Assembly: GCA_012799115.1 (NCBI GenBank)
Contig: JAAZLY010000166.1
Location: 1-42,890, forward strand
Origin: Bacillota bacterium
GTDB lineage: Bacteria; Bacillota; Limnochordia; Darwinibacteriales; Darwinibacteriaceae
Direction of reading: 5' to 3'
DNA: 42,890 nt
The translations under genes and the position numbers were made by a program. Of the stretch, positions 36,250 through 42,890 are shown piece after piece (position 1 is the first letter of the stretch; each line of letters opens with the position of its first letter). Under the pieces are notes generated by a model. That model ran no database searches. It was not told where the DNA came from and saw only the letters and a list, made by a program, of their open reading frames with translations.

Positions 36250-37539
36250 ATGTCGATTTCAGAAGCCTTGTTTGCCATTTTGCTAGCAGGCTTACAGATT
36301 TATGTCAGCCTGCGCTTAATCGGTCATGGAACTACGTGGTGGAAAGTGATGTCCTTTGCTCTTCTCTATGCTTCCTCTATAGTTATGTTCCCCAACATCT
36401 TCTCCAGCATTGCACTTCAGTTTCTGGCCATCTCCATCTCCTATTTCGTATACTTTACGTGGGTCTTCAGTGCGACACTGTTTCCCGATGCACTTGCCAC
36501 ATATCTAACCATCCAAGCCTTGCAGGCTGTGGGCGATTTAGTCTTTCAACTTGCCCTTCGCTCCCTACCCATAGATTCAGAACCGCCTGCCCTTTTACTC
36601 AACATAGGTCCGCATTGGCCCTTTGTTATTCTGTTGATCTATTTTCTGGTCAAGAACCCACATGAAAAAACTGATAGAGAAACAAGGACCAGACTCAATA
36701 GCATTGACTGGCTCATGGCATGCGGCGTTCTCGCCGTCGCTTACTACTTGGTGCAACCTGTCGTTCAATCATTCTTCTGCAACATATTCCTCGCAGGTTG
36801 TCTGATTGCCATGCCTCTAACTTGTTATGCCTTACAGCAGTATAGAACCAAGGATCAAAAAACCGATCGCACCCTGCAATATCATGTCCGGCAACATGCC
36901 ATCCAGAAGTCGGCTATCAAGACTTTACGTGAAGAACGACATGAGTTTGTCAATGAGTTGACCCTCATTTCAACCTACCTCCAAATGGGCAAAGTCGCCG
37001 AAGCGATGACCTGTATCGACTACACCTCCGCTCGGCTAGCTGATCGTAATAACTGCGCTGCCCTCCCCCACGACGCCTGGCTCACTATTTTAGATCTAAA
37101 GCAGAAGGAAGCCAAAAGCCGTCAACTAGATTTTCGCATCGATATCCAAGCTGAAGAGCCCCGTTGTTTTAAAGAGCAGCGCCTGCTCCCGCGATTGATC
37201 ATTAATCTAATCGACAATGCTTTTGAGGCAGTTGTAGGCCGGCCCGAGCCTAGGGTGTCTCTTTCCTGGTCATTCGCCCCTACAGGCGAGCGTCTCTTGC
37301 AGGTAAGCAATAATGGGCCTCCCATCTCACCCTTAGACGGGGCCAGGATCTTTCGAGGAGGAGTAACCAGCAAAAAGAAGTCTAAGGGTAACCATGGCTG
37401 GGGCTTGGTGATCTGCAAGGACATCGCGAAAGAACTACAGGGTTCCCTTACCTATCAGAGCACGCCCGAACAGACTACCTTTACATTGACCTTACCTCCT
37501 GTTGATCCGGGCTGTGAGCAACTCGAGGCTAGTTCTTGA
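36250..37539 (+). CDS. Membrane sensor histidine kinase: polytopic N-terminus plus a DcuS/CitA-like (SpoOB-type) phosphoacceptor helix and a GHKL ATPase. No response regulator is adjacent.
   Basis: About 190 aa carry 5-6 TM. The H-box is LREERHEFVNELTLISTYLQMGKVAEAMTCIDY, the N-box is LIINLIDNAFEA, and the G-box is GNHGWGLVICKDIA. The ATG at 36250 has GGAGGA 8 nt upstream. Confidence 0.8.
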   Translation: MSISEALFAILLAGLQIYVSLRLIGHGTTWWKVMSFALLYASSIVMFPNIFSSIALQFLAISISYFVYFTWVFSATLFPDALATYLTIQALQAVGDLVFQLALRSLPIDSEPPALLLNIGPHWPFVILLIYFLVKNPHEKTDRETRTRLNSIDWLMACGVLAVAYYLVQPVVQSFFCNIFLAGCLIAMPLTCYALQQYRTKDQKTDRTLQYHVRQHAIQKSAIKTLREERHEFVNELTLISTYLQMGKVAEAMTCIDYTSARLADRNNCAALPHDAWLTILDLKQKEAKSRQLDFRIDIQAEEPRCFKEQRLLPRLIINLIDNAFEAVVGRPEPRVSLSWSFAPTGERLLQVSNNGPPISPLDGARIFRGGVTSKKKSKGNHGWGLVICKDIAKELQGSLTYQSTPEQTTFTLTLPPVDPGCEQLEASS

Positions 37540-38194
37540 TATATGGGACCAAGACCCCCTGACCTTTGTAGATCATGCCAGGAGGGATACTACCGCGCAC
37601 AGATGTTAATGGATAAACCAGAGACCCTGTGCCAACAAGTGTACCAGGGTTTAATACTGCATTACAGCCTACTTCAACCCCATCACCCAATATCGCACCG
37701 AGCTTGCGAAGCCCCGTCTCGATCACGTTCCCGTCCATCTGAACCTTAACAGGCTCGTGGGTGGATTTAAAGTTCGAGATGATGGCACCAGCACCCAAAT
37801 GAGCCCCCTGGCCTAGTATAGAGTCACCCACATAGTTGTAATGGGGTAGTTGCACTTTAGCAAAGAGAATGGCTTGCTTAACCTCACTAGCATTACCCAG
37901 GACTACGCCATCGCCAGCTAAGACGTTCTCCCTTACATAAGCATTGGGGCGAATGTCACAATCATCCCCAAAGATCGCAGGGCCAAAAAGGCGGGCAGTA
38001 TCCGCGACTTTAGTCCGGGCCCCCACCCATACTCCCCTGCTAATCTGACGAAATCTTCCGGGGTTCTGCTGCACTATGGTACTAATCAGAGCGGGAATGT
38101 GGGCAAGAAGTTCCCACGGATACTGGACCTCAGAAAAGGCCTCAGGACAAGGACAACCCTCTAAACTGAAATACTCTTCGATCTTCCACACCAT
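37529..38194 (-). CDS. Left-handed beta-helix (hexapeptide-repeat) acyltransferase, GlmU-C-terminal-like, without a nucleotidyltransferase domain
   Basis: YPWELLAHIP is followed by repeated hexapeptide units (VGARTKV.., IFGDDCDIRPNAYV.., VLAGDGVVLGNASEV.., VGDSILGQGAHLGAGAIISN, ILGDGVEVGCNAVLNPGTLVG). SD GGAGG lies in the 9-nt gap after the DUF368 gene. Confidence 0.7.
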   Translation of the reverse strand: MVWKIEEYFSLEGCPCPEAFSEVQYPWELLAHIPALISTIVQQNPGRFRQISRGVWVGARTKVADTARLFGPAIFGDDCDIRPNAYVRENVLAGDGVVLGNASEVKQAILFAKVQLPHYNYVGDSILGQGAHLGAGAIISNFKSTHEPVKVQMDGNVIETGLRKLGAILGDGVEVGCNAVLNPGTLVGTGSLVYPLTSVRGSIPPGMIYKGQGVLVPYIKN

Positions 38195-38203
38195 CGTGAC
38201 CTC

Positions 38204-39025
38204 CTACTTTTCTATCATTTGCCTCTGAATGAATAGTGATGCGATCCAAGCCCCTCCGCCAAACAACACCGCACAGAGCATGAGCTCCCGGGCGGTTCGC
38301 GGCCAACCAGGGAAGGCAACCCACAAGGAACCAAGCATCAAACCGATAATTCCATAGGATATAAATCCACGTTTCTCACTAAACAGGCGATGCATCATGC
38401 TGGAAACCAAGACAAGGGTGGGAAACGCGCCAAGTGCTACAGGAATCAGGAGCATCAAGTCTAGTTCCACCACAGCACGCAAGAGAGACTCATAAAAGCC
38501 AAAGGCGATCAGTAGAAACGAGGCACTGAGCCCAGGGATAACCAAGCCAATCCCAAGAACCACTCCCGGCATGAGAGAATTTAGAATACCCACCGTCTCC
38601 AGACTCCCTTGCCCCATGTAACGGGGCAGACTCGTCGCCAAAAAGAGAGCAATAACGCCGGCCACAAGGCTGACGAGGAAGGAGAGCCTAAAGCCTTGTT
38701 GATTCGCCATATTTACCATGGACGGCAGGCCTGCTATGACGAGTCCAAAGAAGAAATACAGAACAGGGAGGGTGTGTTGAGCAAACAAATACTCCAGGAC
38801 TCTGGCTAAAAAGAAGAGGCAGACCGCCGATCCGATACCCAGGGGAACCATGAGTCTTATGTTGTCACGCCAGTTCTTGAAGGGATTGGCCACCGCCGCT
38901 ACAATGGGCTCATAGAGCCCTAGAACCATGGCCAATACACCTCCACTCACCCCTGGAATGACCATGCCCAAGCCAATCACGAAACCACTCGCTAGTGGAT
39001 ACCAGAAGCTTTGCTCCTTAGCCAT
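38204..39025 (-). CDS. DUF368 family membrane protein (PopT-type polyprenyl-phosphate transporter family)
   Basis: The DUF368 signature is duplicated: VIPGVSGGVLAMVLGLYE and VIPGLSASFLLIAFGFYE. The ATG at 39025 (MAKEQSFW) has GGAAGGGG upstream and overlaps the regulator stop (ATGGCTAA). Confidence 0.85.
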   Translation of the reverse strand: MAKEQSFWYPLASGFVIGLGMVIPGVSGGVLAMVLGLYEPIVAAVANPFKNWRDNIRLMVPLGIGSAVCLFFLARVLEYLFAQHTLPVLYFFFGLVIAGLPSMVNMANQQGFRLSFLVSLVAGVIALFLATSLPRYMGQGSLETVGILNSLMPGVVLGIGLVIPGLSASFLLIAFGFYESLLRAVVELDLMLLIPVALGAFPTLVLVSSMMHRLFSEKRGFISYGIIGLMLGSLWVAFPGWPRTARELMLCAVLFGGGAWIASLFIQRQMIEK

Positions 39026-39707
39026 TGGCCCGGACCCCTTCCAAACCTTCACGGTCGACAACTACAATCCGCCTCTGCCCAATCTGCTCAATCAGTCCGA
39101 GTTCCTGGAATGAAGTTAACTTGCGACTCAACGTCTCGCTCGTCGTCCCGATTTGTGAGGCTAAGTCTCGCTTGCTCATTTCCAGCTCGATCTCATCATT
39201 ATCGATACTCATATCTAGAAGAACTTGTGCTAACCGTCTCTCCACCGAATGAAGACTGATATCCTCGAGCAGTTTTTCTGTTTGCTCCAAGCGCTGGCTT
39301 AATTCTTCGAGGATCTTCAGAGCAATCATGGGGTACTTGCCAAGTAGCTCCTTGAGGGCGGATCCGTCAATTACGCACATGCTACTCTCCTCAAGGGCCT
39401 CGGCATAGTCTCCCATAGGGGAGTTCTTAAAAAGTGCCAGCTCCCCCAAGAAGTCCCCTGCTCGTAAGACGCGGAGAACCTGCTCCTTTCCCGTATCACT
39501 CAAACGGTAGATTTTAACGCGTCCAGAATGAATGACATATAGACTGTCTACCATGTCATCCATAGCATAAATCATTTCTCCCTTGCTAACCGTCAAGTGA
39601 CGGGTGATCCCCGCGACCTCCAACACCTCCTCTTGATTGAGGTTGTGAAAGATGGGGACTAAGGCTATGCAACTAGAGGCACTCGTATGCTCACAATGAC
39701 ACTTCAC
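39018..39707 (-). CDS. Crp/Fnr family transcription regulator with an FNR-like cysteine set
   Basis: The N-terminus is MKCHCEHTSASSCIALVPIF (C3, C5, C13), and C111 sits in EESSMCVIDG at the position equivalent to E. coli FNR C122. The cNMP-type beta-roll contains RAGDFLGELALF. The C-terminal HTH is SKRDLASQIGTTSETLSRKLTSF. Confidence 0.85.
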   Translation of the reverse strand: MKCHCEHTSASSCIALVPIFHNLNQEEVLEVAGITRHLTVSKGEMIYAMDDMVDSLYVIHSGRVKIYRLSDTGKEQVLRVLRAGDFLGELALFKNSPMGDYAEALEESSMCVIDGSALKELLGKYPMIALKILEELSQRLEQTEKLLEDISLHSVERRLAQVLLDMSIDNDEIELEMSKRDLASQIGTTSETLSRKLTSFQELGLIEQIGQRRIVVVDREGLEGVRANG

Positions 39708-39826
39708 ATTATCTCCTCCCCTACTCGCTTTTTCACTTAAGGTAGTTCACCGCTAGATCCACGACTCCTGCAGTCAACATTCACTACATCCACTGACCTA
39801 ATGTATGCAGGACTTCTGCGATCAAG

Positions 39827-39859
39827 AATCCCCACTAATAGCATGCACTAGTGGGGATT
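39827..39859 (-). terminator. 11-bp perfect hairpin after the PII-like gene (probable terminator of the antiporter operon)
   Basis: AATCCCCACTA-(11 nt)-TAGTGGGGATT lies 16 nt beyond the stop at 39875. The T-tract is actually better on the + strand (ttttgtctgtctt), so directionality is ambiguous. Confidence 0.5.
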
Positions 39860-39874
39860 TTGTCTGTCTTCGAC

Positions 39875-40222
39875 TTAGCGATGATTCAATGGGTATACCT
39901 TGCCAATAGGAACGGAAAACATGAAGCCTACACTCGGATGCTGGACATCCCCGAGGACGTCCCTCACTGCATCTACAGTTCGCTCCACCAATTGCTCGTT
40001 GTCAATAACGGTGAAAATGGTCTTATTATAGGGGCGCGCCCCTTCCATCAGTGTCTTAAGCGATCCAAAAAGTGGTAGATCCCTTGCCCTTGTACTCTGC
40101 AATGCGCTGGCCATGCCTTGGCTATCTAGAATGGTTGCGCCTTGAACTCCTACGTCCACAAAGCGAGCCAGGATCTCATCCAAATAATCCGTTTCATTCA
40201 ATACTAGAAATAGAGCATACAT
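39875..40222 (-). CDS. Small cytoplasmic protein with a PII-like (ferredoxin-fold, T-loop-like) pattern; hypothetical regulator of the adjacent antiporter
   Basis: 115 aa. MYALFLVLNETDYLDEILARFVDVGVQGATILDSQG is a beta-alpha-beta start. A flexible basic segment follows (QSTRARDLPLFGSLKTLMEGARPYN), then TIFTVIDNEQLVERTVDAVRDVLG. It lies 22 nt downstream of the CPA2 gene. The family assignment is by pattern only. Confidence 0.5.
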   Translation of the reverse strand: MYALFLVLNETDYLDEILARFVDVGVQGATILDSQGMASALQSTRARDLPLFGSLKTLMEGARPYNKTIFTVIDNEQLVERTVDAVRDVLGDVQHPSVGFMFSVPIGKVYPLNHR

Positions 40223-40244
40223 TCAATCGCCCTCCCTTGATGAT

Positions 40245-41432
40245 CTATCGCATGATAGAACCCATCCCCCGAATTTCTCCAGCCCTTTGAATAGCTGCCT
40301 TAGCAATAAAGGGACCGATAATTTCGTAGAGCAAGACACTCAGCAAAATGATGGAGATCACAACTGCACTCATATCAGGCAGATGAAAACGCACCAGAAG
40401 GGCCAAGGCGATGGATAGCCCGCCCTGGGGCAGCAGTGTTACTCCCAAATGTTCCTGCACGACTCCTTCGGCCTTAACACCTCTAGAGCCAATCCAGGCT
40501 CCAGCTAACTTTCCAATAGCGCGGGCTAGAATGTAGCCTAAGCCCAAGAGACCCATATTCAAGAAGACTCCAAGATCGAGACTAGATCCGGCAAGAGTAA
40601 AAAGAAGCAGGTAAAGGGGTGGTGTAAACTGATTTAAAGCAAAAAACACCCGGTTGGAGTTTTGAGTCAAGTTTACCAACACGACGCCCATCATTATGTT
40701 GGCCAAGAGCGGTGATAGAGCGAGGGCCTTAGCTACTCCAGTAGCCGCAAGAATCATACCAAGGGTAAAAACAAGGAGCTCATCACTGTCCCCTGCCTTC
40801 TTCCCGAGCAGAGCAAGGGCCAAACCAAAAAGAGCACCAAGTGCTAAACCGCCAAATATCTCGAACAAAGGCCTCCCCACACTCTGCCATATTCCCAAAC
40901 CTGCTCCTTTGCCAAGGATCCGCGCGATGGAGATGACGATACCAAAGAGCACAACTCCCAAGACGCCATCTAGAGCCGAGACCGGTATCAACATTCGAGT
41001 TACAGGGCCATCGGAACGGTACTGTCGCATGACCATAATCGTAGCAGCAGGTGCAGTAGCAGCGGCTAAAGCTGCGATTGTCATGCTAAAGACAAAGTCC
41101 TGTTTGAACAAGAAGAACATAGCAAAAAAGACAGCGAGGAAAGCACCGGCCACTTCTGCAAAGGCGATAAACACGAATGATGTGCCCAGTTTTCGCATGT
41201 CCCGGATCACGAACTCACTGCCAATTTTGAAAGCAAGGATAGCTACCGTTATTTCAACAACCATGGTTAGTAGTGTAAGATCATTATTGGTAAGGAGTTT
41301 TAAGCACGAAGGACCTATCAACATGCCGGCAATAATAAAGCCGAAGACATTGGATAATCTGAATGTCTTGGCTACTCTGCCTGCTAAGCATCCAATTAGA
41401 ACAACAATGGCGAGTTTGAGCAACATCTCCAT
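40245..41432 (-). CDS. Cation:proton antiporter, CPA2 (Kef/NapA-like) membrane domain only, with no RCK/KTN domain
   Basis: About 395 aa and 12-13 TM. The N-terminus is LLKLAIVVLIGCLAGRVAKTFRLSNVFGFIIAGMLIGPS, with GSEF and Na_H_exchanger-type patterning. The ATG at 41432 has AGGGGGA 6 nt upstream. Confidence 0.85.
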   Translation of the reverse strand: MEMLLKLAIVVLIGCLAGRVAKTFRLSNVFGFIIAGMLIGPSCLKLLTNNDLTLLTMVVEITVAILAFKIGSEFVIRDMRKLGTSFVFIAFAEVAGAFLAVFFAMFFLFKQDFVFSMTIAALAAATAPAATIMVMRQYRSDGPVTRMLIPVSALDGVLGVVLFGIVISIARILGKGAGLGIWQSVGRPLFEIFGGLALGALFGLALALLGKKAGDSDELLVFTLGMILAATGVAKALALSPLLANIMMGVVLVNLTQNSNRVFFALNQFTPPLYLLLFTLAGSSLDLGVFLNMGLLGLGYILARAIGKLAGAWIGSRGVKAEGVVQEHLGVTLLPQGGLSIALALLVRFHLPDMSAVVISIILLSVLLYEIIGPFIAKAAIQRAGEIRGMGSIMR

Positions 41433-41494
41433 GCATATTCCCCCTAGACCCAAATATAGCACATTGATCCTACCGTGTCAAAAGAAGGACCACA

Positions 41495-42802
41495 TCACCA
41501 GACTTCCCGTAATGCCTTCTCTGTACTGGTTACAGCCTCAAGGTCACCGACTTCTCCATAACGAGCACCGTTGTAAAGTTCAGTCAAATTAAACAGAGCC
41601 ATCGCATCAAGCTCTTCAGGAGCGGCCACTAGATTGTCTGCATACTCCATTGGTGTTAGATCTGGTCTTGACGGAACCCTTCTACGTGCCTTCACAACGA
41701 ATCGAGCATACAAAGAACGAATCCTCAAAACAGGATCGTCGCCCCTATACCAATTCGGTTGAGCAAGCTGCATTAGAGGCCTCAGCAAGCCCCTCAAGGC
41801 CGCCTTCAGGTCGTCTAGAACCTCTGAACCAGAAAACACCGACTCCCGCGTCTCGTGTACTAGTGTTCCCCCATCTTGCCGCGATCTCTTGGCGAGCCTG
41901 CGGATAACGATCCACAGGATAACCACCATAACAATCACAAGAACGGCCCAGCTGACCCAGGTGATGGCATCCATCGCGCCGGGGCTCAGCGTGCTATCCG
42001 GTCTGTGCAGCACATTCTCTTCAACCATCTCATTACCAGGAAGCTCCAGAGAAATATCCTGTAGTTCCAAGTTCTCAACCCAGCGAAAGAGGGGTGTCAA
42101 GAGCCAAACGAAGGGACGAACTACAAATAGTATGACACCGTCGACTATAACCAGGTAAATCCGCTGCGCCAGATCTACTACATGTTGTAAGAACATGGGC
42201 GATAGCAACATGACTAAGGCTGAAGAAACCGCACCAACAACGAGTATAAAGATGAGAACCGAACGACCGAGGCCTCCATAGTCTGGCTTCAGGCCACCAG
42301 TCTCCAGCGCTGCAGCATTCCACAAAATCATGGAGGTGACTCCGATGGAAAAAAAGAGCAAAACCGATGGAATGCCAACCTCCAACCCCAGGGTACTCTC
42401 TAAGCTAGAGGTGATGATCAGGAGCATACTACCAAGGGCCCAGTCCATTGCGAAGCGGGCTCTCTTTGGATAGTCATTAAAGCGTATGGCAACTGCAAAA
42501 AAGGCAAGCAAGAGCGGAATAAACAGAAGCAGAGGGAGTTGAAACGCAAAGGCGAAGCTGATTGGAACAAGCAAACCCAAGGCTAGAACCGGTACATCTT
42601 TTTCTCCCTGCGAAGACGTCCTCTTCACCACTGCAATGCAAATCAGCAGCGTAGTAATGGTCCAAAGCAGTGCCACCGAGAGGGTAAAGTGCCATTTGTT
42701 GGCGGCAAGCTGCAACCAGGGGCGAACCAACGTTGCACAAAGAAGGCTATGACCCAGGGCAAGACAACTGATTCTAATAGAGTTCCAATTGTTCAATTTC
42801 AT
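41495..42802 (-). CDS. DUF4129 domain-containing polytopic membrane protein
   Basis: Multiple N-terminal TM. The C-terminal cytoplasmic block is RPDLTPMEYADNLV...LFNLTELYNGARYGE, the DUF4129 signature TP.EYA...Y..ARYG. I prefer the ATG at 42802 because it overlaps the stop of an upstream ORF (ATGA). Confidence 0.7.
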   Translation of the reverse strand: MKLNNWNSIRISCLALGHSLLCATLVRPWLQLAANKWHFTLSVALLWTITTLLICIAVVKRTSSQGEKDVPVLALGLLVPISFAFAFQLPLLLFIPLLLAFFAVAIRFNDYPKRARFAMDWALGSMLLIITSSLESTLGLEVGIPSVLLFFSIGVTSMILWNAAALETGGLKPDYGGLGRSVLIFILVVGAVSSALVMLLSPMFLQHVVDLAQRIYLVIVDGVILFVVRPFVWLLTPLFRWVENLELQDISLELPGNEMVEENVLHRPDSTLSPGAMDAITWVSWAVLVIVMVVILWIVIRRLAKRSRQDGGTLVHETRESVFSGSEVLDDLKAALRGLLRPLMQLAQPNWYRGDDPVLRIRSLYARFVVKARRRVPSRPDLTPMEYADNLVAAPEELDAMALFNLTELYNGARYGEVGDLEAVTSTEKALREVW

Positions 42803-42888
42803 GCCAAGGCACACCTCCCCCAATGCGCCATTCCCTCAGGCCCCTTTGATTCTGGTCCACGTCTTTGGGTAAGCTCACCGAATCGTCC
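42799..42888 (-). CDS. 3' end of an unidentified upstream gene (truncated by the window edge)
   Basis: The frame is open from the window edge and reads ...GRFGELTQRRGPESKGPEGMAHWGRCALA*. Its TGA overlaps the DUF4129 ATG. It is too short to identify. Confidence 0.35.
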   Translation of the reverse strand, partial: GRFGELTQRRGPESKGPEGMAHWGRCALA

Positions 42889-42890
42889 AA

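Noticed and set aside
39708-39874. A possible + strand small RNA ending at the 39827-39859 hairpin, whose T-tract is better on the + strand.
   Set aside because: There is no convincing + strand promoter in the 120 nt upstream. The hairpin is adequately explained as the terminator of the minus-strand antiporter/PII-like operon.
40696-41592. A 298-aa ORF on the + strand, the longest unexplained ORF in the track.
   Set aside because: It lies entirely antisense to the well-supported CPA2 antiporter gene. Its translation is low-complexity and rich in A/K/P/R/S/T (RARALATPVAARIIPRVKTRSSS...), which is typical of the reverse frame of a hydrophobic membrane protein gene. It has no SD and no recognisable motif.

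Overview
The window is a densely packed bacterial chromosomal segment of about 45 protein-coding genes. I found no rRNA, tRNA, CRISPR array, transposase, integrase or recognisable defence gene. It looks like core or metabolic DNA from an anaerobe. Evidence for that includes pyruvate:ferredoxin oxidoreductase, FeoB, an FNR-like regulator, a hemerythrin and MsrA. The organism appears to combine endospore biology with a diderm envelope. A LysM plus SleB-type cortex or cell-wall hydrolase supports the first. Exported proteins with signal-peptidase-I type leaders instead of lipoboxes, and a predicted beta-barrel ending in Phe, support the second. Recognisable genes are: feoB (5' truncated), nifJ/PFOR, deoD, a lysA-family decarboxylase, msrA, a SAM methyltransferase, an Fe-alcohol dehydrogenase, a GH130 enzyme, an exported cyclophilin, a hemerythrin-cheX pair, a secernin-like C69 peptidase, aroA-aroB, an MFS transporter, a hemolysin-III/PAQR protein, a PAP2 phosphatase, AlaX-L, an orphan sensor kinase, a CPA2 antiporter with a small PII-like partner, and a DUF4129 membrane protein. 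Five loci deserve a second look. (1) 13126-18835 is a translationally coupled five-gene operon: a LolD-like ATPase, two different FtsX/MacB-type permeases, a LolA-like periplasmic protein and a predicted outer-membrane beta-barrel. It is a candidate uncharacterised trans-envelope export system. (2) 30566-30764 is a clear FMN riboswitch with an intrinsic terminator, and it controls only an orphan family-1 (sugar-type) solute-binding protein. (3) 19169-26538 is a ten-gene Mrp/Mbh-like antiporter module with E-F-G-first order, a split MrpA and three antiporter-like subunits, but no redox module. (4) 37529-39707 is an operon of an FNR-like 4-Cys regulator, a DUF368 protein and a hexapeptide acyltransferase. 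(5) 18854-18991 holds structured CTAG-core repeats in the leader of the ABC operon. All functional calls rest on motif recognition by eye in the supplied translations. No database search was run.
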